A stretch of DNA of 64,000 bases from the human T2T-CHM13v2.0 reference genome, Homo sapiens: assembly GCF_009914755.1 (NCBI RefSeq), contig NC_060940.1. The stretch is one strand, 5' to 3'. The notes under the pieces are model-generated. The model was given only the letters and a program-made list of their open reading frames with translations, did no database searches and was not told where the DNA came from. Each line of letters starts with the position of its first letter. Within the stretch, counting starts at the first letter, position 1. Shown one piece after another: positions 14,317-31,070 of the stretch. A program made the position numbers and the translations under genes.

Positions 14317-16480
14317 CATATATATTTTACATATATGTTCTAAATATATATATATGTATATATATATCAGTAAAGACAGAAAACAGAAATTCTGGAGTTG
14401 AAAAGTACAATAACAAATATAAAATTCACTTTGGTGAAGTTTTGAAACTCTTTAGTTTCAAAAGCAGATTTGAGCAGGCAGAAGAAAGAATCAGCAGACT
14501 TGAAGATGGGACAATGGAAATTACTGAGTCAGAGAAACAGAAAAAGACTGAGGAAAAGTGAACAGAGTCCAGGGGACCCATGGGACACTGTCAAGGAGAC
14601 AAACATATTCATTGTGTCAGTTCAAGAAGAAGAAAAGAGAAAGAAAGTGATTTAAATACATAGTGGCTATAAATGTAAAAAATGCTAAAGGAAGATTTTC
14701 AGGTTGAAATGAAAGGATGCTAGAAAGAAACTCAAAGCCATATGACGAAATAAAGATAGCCAATAGAGGATTTACATGGGTAATTATAGAAGTTAATATA
14801 ATTGTAATTTTGTGTTGTAACTCCCCTTTTATTTTCTATGAGTTAAAAGACAAATACATAGAGAAACAATGATTAGTCATTGTTTTTGATCATGTATAAT
14901 TTATGACATCAACAATTAAAAGGTACAGACAGAGCTGTAAGCTTGTGTAAGTTCAAATTAGACTGTTATAAATGGAGGTGTTAAATGTAATTCCCATGGA
15001 AACCACAAAGAAAATAGCTATAACATATACACCAAAAGAAATGAGAAAGCAATTAAAATGTTTCACTACAAAAACTCAAACAAAGTAAGACAGTAATGTG
15101 AAAGATGAAAACAAAAGGCAAAATGGAAAACAAATAGCAAAATGGCAGAAATAAGTTTCTCCTTACTAGTGAATATTTTAAGTATAAATGAATTAAATTA
15201 TCAAACGAAAAGACAGAGATTGATGAATAAATTTTTAAAAATAATTCAACTATGTGCTGTCTACAAGAGACTCATTTTAGATCCAAAGACACAAAAAGGT
15301 TGAAAGTAAAAGGATGACAGAAGATATTTCATGCAAATAGTAACCAAAAGAGAGCTGGGGAAGGGATAGAAATATTATACAAAATAGAGTTAAGTTTAAA
15401 AAAAAGTTGAAAAGAGACAAGGAATGATATTAGATAGTAATAAAAGTTTTAATATAGCAAGGTGATATAACAGTCATAAACATTTACACACCTAATAACA
15501 GACCCACGAAATACATGAAGCAAAAATGGACAGAAGTGAAGAAAGAAGTGGACTGTTCTACAATGATAGTTGCAGACTTCCATAATCAATAGAACAAGCA
15601 GACAGAAAATAAGCAAGGAAATAGAGGACTAGAAGAACACAATAAACCAACTACATCCAACAGACATGTATAAAACGTCCCACCCCACAAAAACAGAATA
15701 CATATTCTTCTCAAATGCAGATGGGACATTCTCTAGGATCGAACATATGTTATGCTACAAAACTAGTGTCTATACATTTTTAAAAGATTGATATTATTTT
15801 TATAAAAGTGTCTTCTCCGAATATAGCAAGTTGAAGTTAGAAATCAATTAACAAAAAGAGAAAACTGAAAAATTCACTATATATGATAATTAAACAACAT
15901 TTTCTTATGCAATCAATGGATCAAAGAAGATATCACAAGGGAAATTAGAAGTTACTTATAAATAAGTGAAAATTAAAACAATATACCCAAATTTATAGGA
16001 TGCAGTGAAAACACTGCTAAGAGGGAAATTTAAAGCTGTAAATGCTTACATTAAAAAAGAAGAAAGATCTCAAATCAACAACCTAAATTTATACTTTAAG
16101 GAACTTGAAAAAGAAGAACAAACTAACCCCAAAGCTGCAGAAGGAAGGAAATCATAAAGATTAGAGCAGAGATAAATGAAATAGAGAATAGAAAAACAAT
16201 AGAGAAACTCAGTGAAGCCAAAAGTTGGTTCTTCAAAAAGATCAACAAAATTGAGAAACTTTAGCAAGATTGACTAAGAAAAAAAGAGAGACAACTCAGA
16301 TTACTAAAATCAGAAATGAAAGTGGAGACATTACTACCAATTTTTCATAAATATGAAGGAATATAAGAGAGTACCATGAATAATTGTACACCAATAAATT
16401 AGCTAACCTAGACAAAATGGCCAAAATTCTAGAGACACAAAATCTACCAAGACTGAGTCATAAAGAAATAAAACAATTTC

Positions 16481-16840
<360 letters not shown>

Positions 16841-19019
16841 TCAAAGAAAAGCCCAGGACCAGATGGCTTTACTGATACATTCTACCAAATATTAAAAGGA
16901 GAAAAAAATACCAATCCTTTCCTGACTCTTCAAAAAATTCAGGAGCAAGAAACACTTCCTAAGTTATTCAGAGGACAGCATTGCTCTGATACCAAAACCA
17001 GGGAAGAATGTGACAAAAAACTATAGATGAATATCCATTATAAATATTGAGGTAAAAATCATCAAGAAAATACTACCAAACCAAATTCAGCAGCATATTA
17101 CAAGGATCATATACAGTGAGCAAATGGACTTTTGTCCTGCAATGCAAAGATGCTTCAACATATGGCAATCAATCATGTAATACACGACATTAACAGAATG
17201 AAGGAAATAGAGAATAGAAGTAAGTTCTCTTCTTCTTCATCAATAATTTCCATTGATGCAGAAAAAGCATTTGACAAAATTTAACTCTTAACTCTTTTTC
17301 ATGGATAAACAACACCTTTAATTACCATCTCAATTCAGACTAGGGCCTCAACAAATACATTTGGGGAGGACACAACACTTAGTCCATAGCATAGCCACAG
17401 AACTTAGGCAAGAAAAAAGAAATAAAAAGCATTTAATTTGGAGAGGAATAGGTAAAATCTTTCTGTTTGTAGATGACATGATCTTATATAAAACCTGAAA
17501 GATTATACACACACACACACACACACAACTAATATAAAAATTCAGTAAAGTTGCAGAATGCAAAATCAACCACAAAATTATTTGCTTTTCTGTACACTTA
17601 CAATGAACAATTCAAAATTAATATTTAAAAAATTCCATTTATAATAGCGCTTAAAAGAATAAAATCTTTAGGAATTAACCAAGGAGGTGAAAGATGTGTA
17701 CACCAAAAACTAGAAAACTTTGTTGAAAAGAAATTAGGGATAAATAAATGGAAAGACATCCCATATTTACGGATTGTGACTTAATATTGTTAAGATATCA
17801 ATACTACCCCCAAGTGATAATCCACAGATTGAATGATATCTCTATCAAAATCCTAACATTGTTTTATGTTGACAAATAGAAAACTCCTACAATTCATACA
17901 GAACTTAAGGGACCCTGAATAGTCAACGAAAATCTTAAAAAAAGAAATATCAAGTTGGAGCATTCACACTTCGTGATTTCAAAACTTACTACAAAGCTAC
18001 GGGTAATCAATACAATGTGGTAGTGACATAAAAACCGACATATAGACCCATGGATTATAATAGAAGGCCCAGAAACAAACCCTCACACATATGGATGTAT
18101 GATTTTTGTCATGGATGCCAAAAGCATTCAAGGGGAAAATAAATATTTTCAACAAATGGTGTTGGGAACCTGAACATCCATATTTAAAAAAAATGAAGTT
18201 GCACCCTTACCTAACACCATGTGCAAAAATTAACTCTAAATGAATCAAAGACCTAAACATAAAAGCTGAAACTATAAAATTCAGAAAACATAGGGGAAGG
18301 ATTTCATGACATTGGATTTGGTAAATATTTCTTAGATATGACACCAAAATCATGGGCAACAAAAGAAAAAAATAGGCAAATTGTACTTTATCAAAATTAA
18401 AAAATTTTTGCCCAGAAAACACTATAACCACAGTTAAAAGGGCAACCCATTTAATGAGAGAAAATATTTGCATATCTAATGGGGTTTAATACCCAGACTA
18501 TATAAAGAACAATAACAAAAATCACACAACCCAATTTTAAAATGAGCAAAGGACTTGAACAGACATTTCTCCAAAGAAGATATGCAGATGGCTGATAAGC
18601 ACATAAAAAGATGCTCAACATCACTAATTATTAGAGAATTTCACGTGAAAACCACAAAGAAGCACTACTTCCCACTCATTATGATGGCTATTATAAAAAA
18701 TATAAAAGCAATAGAAAACAAAAACAAGTGTTGACAAGGATGCAGAGAAATGGAATTCTTGTGCATTGCCGGTGGGAATATAAAATGATGCAGCCGCTGT
18801 GAGAAACAGCATGGCAGTTCCTCAAAAAAATTACACATAACATTACCACATGATCCAGAAATTCTACTTCTGCAGAGATACACAAAAGAATTGGAAGCAA
18901 CGACACAAACAGATATTTTTATAACCATGTTCATAGCAGTATTACTCAAAATTAGTCAAGAATAAGAATAACCCAAAGGCACATTGATGAATAAATGGGG
19001 AAACAAAATGTGGCATTCT

Positions 19020-20285
19020 CTACTCTTTAGAAGCAAGTCATCCAGCAAAGCCCCACATGCATGAGCTGGCAGAGGCGGGGAGGGAGGACTAAGCGCATCT
19101 CCTGGGGAGCAAGGTATTACATAAATTATTTGTAATCCTTCCATGTGAAAGATTTGTCTGTTCTCGTCTATTTACATATTTATTTGTTTTCTTTTATTAT
19201 TATTATACTTTAAGTTTTAGGGTACATGTGCACAATGTGCAGGTTAGTTACATATGTATACATGTGCCATGCTGGTGTGCTGCACTCATTAACTCGTCAT
19301 TTAGCATTAGGTATATCTCCTAATGCTATCCCTTTCCCCTTCCCCCACCCCACAACAGTCCCCAGAGTGTGATGTTCCCCTTCCTGTGTCCATGTGTTCT
19401 CATTGTTCAATTCCCATCTATGAGTGAGAACATGCGGTGTTTGGTTTTTTGTCCTTGCGATAGTTTACTGAGAATGATGATTTCCAATTTCATCCATGTC
19501 CCTACAAAGGACATGAACTCATCATTTTTTATGGCTGCATAGTATTCCATGGTGTATATGTGCCACATTTTCTTAATCCAGTCTATCGTTGTTGGACATT
19601 TGGGTTGGTTCCAAGTCTTTGCTATTGTGAGTAGTGCCGCAATAAACATACGTGTGCATGTGTCTTTATAGCAGCATGATTTATAGTCCTTTGGGTATAT
19701 ACCCAGTAATGTGATGGCTGGGTCAAATGGTATTTCTAGTTCTAGATCCCTGAGGAATTGTGCATATTTATTTGTTTATGCAGTTTATGTTAGTATGGAC
19801 TCACGATGTTTATTTTACACTTTGGGTTATAATTCAATAGTATGTTCTCTATTTTCTTGTTCACATGGTTTCAGCTTTGGCTGTCGGGAGCTCTTCCAAG
19901 TTGGCTCCTGTGTCACTTGTTCACATCCCAATTGCTTTATTTCTTTTCTTGCTGGCACTGCAAGACACTCCGGGTCTATCTTGTATTTTCCCTGTCAGTC
20001 CCATAGTCAGCCATTTCTCCAAGGAACCCTGGCTCCTTTTGTTGAAGAATGATTAGAAATTAAGACCTTGGCACTGGGTATGCCCATTGCCACTGGGGGC
20101 TCACTGACTCAAGGCCCTCTCAATGGGCAGACCTAGGATGTAAATTGTATACTAACTCATGGACACACACGGCTATAATTATTCTGTATCTGTCCATCTA
20201 TATTAAGCTAACCTGAGTTCATACTTATGTCTCCAACTCTAATACAGTACCACCAGTACCACAGAGTTCATTCTAGCCTTCCCAA
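19020..20285 (-). mobile_element. Old L1MC-type 3' fragment hosting the L1PA insertion
   Basis: Antisense L1MC-like text (atcagccatttctccaaggaaccctggctccttt-type motif) on both sides of the young L1. Confidence 0.6.
19190..19762 (-). mobile_element. 5'-truncated young L1 (L1PA2/L1PA3-like) 3' end
   Basis: Encodes the ORF2 C-terminus (MFIAALLTIAKTWNQPKCP...; ORF 19407-19649) plus 3' UTR; lacks the Ta ACA diagnostic; 15-bp TSD catatttatttgttt (19175-19189 / 19763-19777). Confidence 0.92.
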
Positions 20286-20371
20286 GGAGTGATATTTTGA
20301 AATTTTTTCCCCAGAAATATCAGTTTATGAATGCAGTTTTACATTTAATTCCAGAGAGCCCTAAAACATAG

Positions 20372-21430
<1,059 letters not shown>

Positions 21431-23083
21431 ATGGGTAGCACATCATAATAGGAATAGAAAACAGTCAGAGATACAACTCTGTCAGAGATACAATGGTTGA
21501 TCTTGGGGTGGTATCACAGCAGATTACAATAGGGCTGCATTCCTCATTCATAAAAAAAAAAAAAAAGCAAACCTAATGGCACCTAAAAGGTTTTCAAGGC
21601 AGTGGCCCACTGAAAGCTGTAAAAAGATACAATCATTGAAATGAAGTGCAGATAGAGTCCAGGTTATAGCAAGCCCATTTCCTAACCTGGAACAGAAGGT
21701 TAGAATGGAATAAGCAGGAATATTGACTTGTTGACAAATTATCTACCTGGCTGACCTAGGAATCCTTAGATGTCTTTTCTACTAAGGACAGATTTGGTAA
21801 CAAAATATGGGACACAGCTGCACTGTCTTACATTAGAAAATTCTCTGATCAGTGGAAGTTGGCTTCAGCAGATACAACACATTGTTTTCACAATTAGATC
21901 ACACCAAAGCTAATTCAATATACTTGTTACTATATAGTTTGGGATAACTAGAAAGCCACCCAGAAAGGTGAGTAAATATAGATCCCTCCCTTACACTTTG
22001 TATCAGCATACATTCTGAAGAAATTAATAATAGGTAAAAAAAAAAATGAAAAAAGAAATAAGAAAAGTACTAAAATCATTTAAGGAAAATGTTTCAAACA
22101 CCCTTTGAATGAAGAATCATCAGCTATTATACAAAACTCAGAACACTTTTATAAATTCAGATACATAAAAGTCAAGTATTTCTGCATGGAAAAAGCCATT
22201 ATGAACAAGTCAAGGAACAAATGGCATACTAGGAAATGAATATTTACAAAGTAGATTGGAATTAAGAAGTAACTTTTCTAGTAAATTAAGATAACATAAT
22301 TATGTTATTATAACAATAGCATAAAATAATTGTTATGTGTAACAATAATTTTAAAATAAAAAATGAGCTAAGGCTATGAGCCTTAAGTTTATAGCAAAAG
22401 GAAAAAAATGACTTTTTAACATGTGAAAAGAGGCTCAGTTGCACTCATCATAATGAAAATTCAAGAACCAAGAACATTAGCAGAGATGAAAATGTTATAT
22501 AGCAAGACTTGTGTTGGGAAAAGTGTAGGCATAAATTCATTTAAAAAGATATAACAATGATAAACATATATGCATAAAACAGAGCCTCAAAATATATGAA
22601 GCAAACTAGTGGAATTGAAGGGAGACAGAGTTCTACAATAACAGTTGGAGATTTTAATACCCACTTTCAGTAATAGATAGAACAACTTGGCAAAAGATAA
22701 GTAAAGAAACAGAGAACTTGAACAACATAATAAACAATTAGATCTAATCGACATGTACACAACATTCCACCCAACATAAACAGAATACGATTCTTCCCAA
22801 ATGTTGGTGGAACATTTTCCAGGATGGATCATATGTTGAGTCAAAACAAGTTTCAACAAATTTTAAAAGAAAGTATACAAAGTATGTCCTTCAACCAGGA
22901 ACAGAAACCAGGAACAGAAGGAAAAATGGAAAAGTCACAAATATGTGGACATTAAATTACATGCTTTTAAACAACCAATGATCAATGAAATAATCACAAG
23001 GGAAATTAGCAAATACACTGAGATGATTAAAAACTTAAGTATTACATACAAAAACTTATGAATGCAACAAAAGCAATGCTTAA

Positions 23084-23480
<397 letters not shown>

Positions 23481-23586
23481 TAGGATCTAAAGAAAGAAGA
23501 AGAAAACTAAACTTCTTTCTGTAAAGCTAGAAGGAAGGAAATAAAGATTAGAATGGAGATAAATATAGCTGAGAATGAAAAAAATA

Positions 23587-23878
<292 letters not shown>

Positions 23879-25493
23879 GAATCAATAAACCCAAATGTTG
23901 GCTTGTTAAAAAGTGCCACAAAATTGGCAAGTCTTCAGCTAAAGCAGCAAACCAAAAAGAGAGAAGACACATATAACTAAAATAAGAAATGAAAGTGGAG
24001 GTATTAGTACAGATTTTACAGAAATAAAAAATTATAAGAGAATACTATGAACAACTGTATGCCAACAAATTAGATAACCTAGATGAAATTGATGAATTTC
24101 TGGAAACACACAAATTACCTGAAGTGACTCATGAAGAAATAGAAAATCTCAACAAATATAAAACAGGAGATTGAATCAGTAATCAAAACCTCCTAACAAA
24201 GATATGTCCAAGACCAGATGGCTTCACTGGTAAATTATACTAAACATTTAAAGAATTAACACCAATTCTCTATAAACTCTTCCTCCCATCCTTGAAATAG
24301 AGGAGGGAATACTTTTTATGGGAACTCATATTATAAGGACATCATAACCCAGATGTCAAACTAGAAAAAGACATCAGAAGAAAAGTATAGACCAATATCC
24401 CATATGAATAGAGATGCAAAAACTTCAACAAAATACTAGCAAACCAAATCAAATGACACATTAAAATAATTATACACCATGACTCAGTAGGATTTACCCC
24501 AGGATGCAAAGGTGGCTCAAAATTTTGAAATAATCAATGTAACAGATCAATTAAATTAATATAACAAGGGGAAAAGATGCATGCTCATCTCAATTGATGC
24601 AGAAAAGGCATTTTCAACCCCCTTTCATGATTTTTTTAAACCCAGAAAACTAGGAAATAGAAAGGAACTGCCTAAATATGATAAAGAGCAATTATAAAAA
24701 ACCCACAGCTAACAGCATACTCAATAGTGAAGCTTTCTCCTTTAAGATTTTTTAGATTTCCTCCTAACAAGACAAGGATGCCCACTTTCATTCCTTCTAT
24801 TCAACATTATAAGTTCTAGCCACAAAAATTAAACAAGAAAAAGAAAGGACAGGCATTCAAATGAAAAAGGAAAAAGTAGTACTATCTCTATTTGTGAGGA
24901 CATGATCCTATATATAGAAAATTCTAGAGTCGACAGGAATACAAATCCAGCAAAATCACAGGCTACAAGATTAACACAAAAAACTCAGTTGTGTTCCTAT
25001 ATACCAGCAATAAACAATCAAAAAAGAAAATTAAAGCAATTCCATTTATAACAACTTCTAAAAGAATAAACACCTAGAGATAAATGTAACTAAGTGGGTG
25101 AAAGAATTGTACAGTGAAAACTACAAAACTTTGCTGTAGGAAATTAAAGAAAGAAATTAAAGAAATAAATGGAAAGACATTTTGTGTTCACAGATTAGAA
25201 GACTTAATACTGTTAAGCTGTTAATAGTACCTGAAGCAATACATAGATTCAATAAAATCGCTTTCACAATTCCAGCAGCCTTTGCTGCAGAAATGAAAAA
25301 GTCAATCCTCAAATTCATAGGCAATTGCAAGGGCCCTGGAATAGTCAAAACAATCTTTAAAAAGAAAAACAAATTTGGAGGAGTCACACTTCCTAATTTC
25401 AAAGCTTACAAAGTTACAAAAAGCAAAACAATGTGGTACTGGCCTAGATATAAACATATAAACCAATGTAATAGAATGAGAGTCCAGAAATAA

Positions 25494-25859
<366 letters not shown>

Positions 25860-27767
25860 TATGGCCAATTTATTTTTGACATAGATGCCAAGTTCATTCA
25901 AGGGAGGAAGTAATAGTCTTTTCCACAAACAGTGCAAAGACAATTGGATTTCAATATGCAAGAGAATGAAGTTGGACCCTTACCTCACATCATATATAAA
26001 AGTTAACTCATGGATCAATGATCGTAAAATCTTTGAATACACAGAAGATTTTTTTAGGGCAGTGAAAAGATTCTGTATAATACTGCAATGATGGATACAT
26101 TTGTTTAAACCTGTAGAATATACAACACAAAGTGTGAATTCTAAGGTAAACTACGAACTTTGGGTGATTATGGTGTGTCAAGGTAGGTTCATTAATTGTA
26201 CGCACCACTCTCATGAGATATTTTGATAGTGGGGGAGGCTGTGCATACGTAGGATAAAAGGCACATGGGAAATTTTTGTATCTTCCACCTAATTTTGCTG
26301 TGAACCTAAAACTCCTCTAAAATAATAAAGTCTTAAAACAAAACTCTTAGAAGACAACATAGGAATAAGCTGTTATAATCTTGAGTTCAGTAGTAGATTT
26401 TCAGGACACCAAAAGCACAAGAAACGAAAGAGTAGATAAATTTGACTTCATCAAAATATTTGTATATCAAAGGACATTATCAAGACAGTAAAAGACAACT
26501 ACAGAATGGGAGAAAATATTTGCAAATCATATATCTGGAATGGGATTAATATCCAGAATATATAAATAACTCCCGGAACTCAACAACAAAAATACAAAAC
26601 ATATAACCCAATACATAAGAAGGAGAAAGGACCTGAATAGACATTTCTCCAAAGAAGATTTGCAAATAATTGGTCATTAATCTCAACATTATTAATCATT
26701 ATAAAAATGCCAATCAAAACCACAATGAGACACCACTTTACAGCTACTAAGATGACTATAATTTTAAAAACACAAAATAAATGTTTACAAGGATGTAGAG
26801 AAATTGAAACCTTTGTACATTGATAGCAGGCATTTAAAATGGTGCAGTCATTGTGGAAAACAGTTTGGTGTGGTTCCTTCAAAAGTCAAGTGTAAAATTG
26901 CCACATGACCCAGCAATTCCATTCTTACATATATAACCAAAGAATTGGAAGTGGGGACTCAGCTACTTGTATGATAATGTTTATTGCAGATTGATTCTCA
27001 ACAGCCAAAAGATGGAAACACCCCATATCCATCAGTATATGAACGGATAAACAAAATGTGGTATATGCATACAATGCAATATCATTTAGCCTTGAAAAGG
27101 AATAAAATTCTGATACATGCTACATATGGATGAACCTTGAAGACATTATGCTAAGTGAAATAAACTAGTCATAAAAAGACAAATACTGTACAGTTCCACT
27201 TATATGAGGTACCTGTGTCAGGCAAATTCACAGACAGAAAGCAGAATGGTCGTTGTTAGGGGCAAGAATGTGGAGGGAAGGAGGAGTTATTGTTTATTAG
27301 TTAGAGTTTCAGTTCAGAAAGATGAAAAAAGTCCTGGCAATGGAGAGTGGTGATGGTTGCACTACAATGTGAATGCGATTAATGCCACTGAACTGTACAC
27401 TTAAAAATTGTTAAAATGGTATATTTTATGTTACGTATCTTTTACCACAATAAAAATTTATCTAAACTTTCATTTTTGCTTTTTAGCTACCTGGTTAAAA
27501 CGAAACAAAGATGTAAGTTTGGGGTTTATTTTTGACCATTAAAGAGCACTCAGTTTGTGGTTGTAATATGCTTCCTGCAATATAGTAAGCCTTAAAACGA
27601 AAGTGTCTCTTGCACAGCCTAGATGGTCAATAAATCCATTGTGTAAATTTTGTTGGTGTTTGTGATTTGTCACCTATGCCTTCTTATAATAATTGTCCCT
27701 TGAGGAACTGTCTCAATGAGAATCCTCAAAGTAACTGTAATGTGCCTTATAAATATGTTGATTTATG

Positions 27768-27988
27768 CAGGGGTGTCCAATCTTTTGGCTTCCCTAGACC
27801 ACATTGGAAGAAGAATTGTCTTGGGGCACACATGAAATACACTAACTATAGTTGATGAGCTAAAAAAAATTGCCAATAAATTAAAAAATCTCATAATGTT
27901 TTAAGAAAGTTTACAAGCTTGTGTTGGGCCGCATTCAAAGCCATCCTGGACTGCGTGTGGCCCATGGGCCATGGGTTGGACAAGCTTG
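27768..27988. mobile_element. MER30 hAT-Charlie element
   Basis: caggggtgtccaatcttttggcttccc ... ggttggacaagcttg termini; atttatg duplicated on both sides. Confidence 0.88.
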
Positions 27989-28519
27989 ATTTATGTGGAA
28001 GCACATAAAAGGCAAATGCACACATACGTGAAATTCTCTCCAAAGATTAATTACTTGGTCACCGCAGTTTCTTTCCACCAGAATGTAAATTCTATTTTGT
28101 TTAGTGCTGCATGCCTAGCTACTACAATAGCATATAGTAAGTGCTCAATAAATAACCGTTGAAAGAATTCTAACACTAATTTGAAAGAAATCCTCTGTCT
28201 TCAGCTTCTTAGCTTGTAATTTTGATGTTAGGGACAAGCAACATGGAAAGACTCCCAAAACAAAAGAGGCACCAGTGTCAGCAGCAGGGAAAGGGAAGAG
28301 GGGAGGAGGAAGCGATTGCGTGCCCCCATGCCCACAGAGGGGTACTGGGTCCCCAGTCCTGTTCATCTTTGCTGGTGCCTATCCTGGTCTGAGGTTGGAG
28401 CTCAGCTCATTGCCTCTGTTGGTGGGACCATGCTGGCAGTACTGGGAACAGAGTGTTTATTGAAGAAGTGAGATACAGTGGCTTTCACAAGAGTTTTCAA
28501 ATGATCATTTAAAACTTCA

Positions 28520-29260
28520 TCACAGCCCTATTCACAATAGCAAAGACATAGAATCAACCTAGGTGTCCATCAACTGTGGAGCAGATTAAAAAAATGTGGT
28601 ATATATACTTCATGGAATATTATGCAGCCATAAAAAAGAATGAGCTTGGCCAGGTGCAATGGTTCACACCTGTAATCCCAGCACTTTGGGAGGCCAAGGC
28701 GGAAGGACCACTTGGAGCCAAGAGCTTGAGACCAGTCTGGACAACATAGCAAGACCCTGTCACTACAAAAGTAAAAAATAAAAACTCAGGCAAGTGTGGT
28801 GGCATGCACCTGTAGTCTTAGCTACTCAAGAGGCTGAAGCAGGAGAGTTGCTTGAGTCCAGGAGGTCAAGGCTGCAGTGAGTGACAGAGCACAATCTTAC
28901 CTCTATCAAAAAAAAAAAAAAAATGTCCTTTGCAGCTGGAGGTCATTATCCTAAGTGAATTAATTAACACAGGAATAGAAAACCAAACACTGCATGTTCT
29001 CACTTATAAGTGGGAGCTAAGCACTGGGCATTGGGTACACATGGACATAAAGATGGAAACACTAGACACTGAGGACTACTAGAGGCAGGAGAGAGAGATG
29101 GGGACAAGGCTGAAAAACTAAGTTGGGTGCTATGCTTACTACTTGTGTGACGAGATCATTCACGCCCCCAAGCCTTAGCATCATGCAATAAACCCATGCA
29201 ACAAACATGCACATGTACATCTTGAATCTAAAATACTAGTTGAAATTATAAAATCAAATA
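28520..29260 (+). mobile_element. L1 (L1PB/L1MA-type) 3' end, interrupted by AluJ
   Basis: attcacaatagcaaagacatagaatcaacctagg...catgttctcacttataagtgggagctaa...cacatgtac. Confidence 0.8.
28648..28923 (+). mobile_element. AluJ-type
   Basis: ggaaggaccacttgg, aacatagcaagacc, ggaggtcaaggctgcagtgag; internal deletion in the right arm. Confidence 0.85.
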
Positions 29261-30824
29261 AAACTTTTTCTGGGCTTTCAAATTTTGATGCCCTATGGGC
29301 AAAGCTACACTCAGCAAAGCCTAGTGTGCACAACAGCATTTGCAGTGACCCACTGGAGTGACCAACCAAAGGGAGACCTATTCTCTTGTCCCCACCTGCT
29401 CCTGCCTCTGCCAAGGAAAAGGAAATGCCCGACCTTTCAGACATTGGAAATAACTTTTTTCTTCTCCTTACCCCTTTCTAACTCTTCAGTATAGATGACT
29501 AATTCTGCTGCTCATTAAGGGTTGGGGTCACTGTGTAAAGGTTCACCACTCCCCTCCCCTTGGCGTGTTTTCTCTCTCTCTCATCATTTTTTAGAACAGC
29601 CTGGTCACAGGATGCACCTGCCCTCCTCTCCTCCATGGGGTGAGCCCAAGGAGCCAGGTGCAGCCCTTGTGGGGAGAGGCCCACAGCTGTCCTGCCTGTG
29701 GGTGGGTGGGCCTGGTTAAGTTCAGTGGAAAACCATTCAGACCTTGGGTCCAAGTGGAGGTTTTTTAACCCAGCCTTACCAGAAATAAAGCCAATACACT
29801 GACTTATATCTGCTTTCTGTACCTGGTCTTAAAGCTGTAACTGGCAGAGGTGTGGTAAATTTACCTTCTCAAACCCCAACAACAATGGGTTTGATTTTCC
29901 TTAGGCACAAAAGACATTTAAAAGTGAGCAAATAAAGATTAGCCAATTCCCTTACATAATAGTTCTGCAGGGCTTTGGCAAGGCTGAAATCAAGGTATAC
30001 CAGGTTTAGTTCTGGAGAAGCGGAGGACTTGGATGCATGCTTGTCAGTGTGGGTGTCTTCATGGAAGCCTAATTAGCACTTCCCGTTCCCACCTGAGGCC
30101 CGAACTAAGCAATCAGCCCAATGAGTATGGATGAAGGTATACTGAGCTTCCCTCCTAAGCTTGTCAAATCTAGCAGTTTTCATTTTTAAACATTACAAAG
30201 TTAACTTCTTAAACTTAAAAAAATCCGCTTGTGAGGAGATGTTCTTCCAGGGAAGTGATTATCTGTCTGAGGCACTGACTTCCTCTTAAAGAAAAATTGG
30301 AAGTTTTCTTTTCCCCATGGAGATGGCGTCAGAATTAGAATTACCACATCAAGGGGAGATTTTTCATGATTAGTCAACCAAAGGCAGTCAGAAAAAGATG
30401 AAATTATTTCAAAAAGGAAGCCGCTCCTCCAGGAAGTATTTTTTTCTAGCACACATTTAGTGTTTTAGAGGAAAATGTGTTGACTTTGTAAATGGATATG
30501 TTGTCCTTCAATAACACGAGTGGAATTGTCATGCTGAGAAATTTCTTACAAACTTTATTCTTCAAGGAATTTTAGATCTAAGTTAAAATTTTAGACTTGA
30601 TTTAAGATCATGATCAGCTTACATTTTTTTAATGTCAAAGATTCTTTTCTTTAAAAAGTCCCCATGAGATATGAAATAGATAAATTATGGAAAGTATAAC
30701 ACTGTCACAAAAGTGTGTGTATAATGTATGTTAAATATAATTTAATATTAAACAAAATTATGGAACAAATTTATAGAAGCATATATCAAACAAATACAAT
30801 TTGACATAAATTATAACAGCTCTT

Positions 30825-31070
30825 GGCTGGGCACAGTGGCTCACGCCTGTAATCCCAGCACTTTAGGAGGCTGAGGCAGGGAGATCACCTGAGGTCAGGA
30901 GTTTGAGACCAGCCTGGCCAACATGGTGAAACACTGACTCTACTAAAATACAAAAATTAGTCAAGTGTGGTGGCACATGCCTGTAATCCCAGCTACTTGG
31001 GACGCTAAGGCAGGAGAATCGCTTGAACCCGGGAGGCCGAGGTTGCAGTGAGCTGAGATCGCACCACTGC
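30825..31070 (+). mobile_element. AluSx-type truncated in the right arm, fused directly to satellite
   Basis: Runs to gagatcgcaccactgc and then ttggctggct; the terminal ACTCCAGCC..., poly-A and 3' TSD are absent. Confidence 0.93.
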
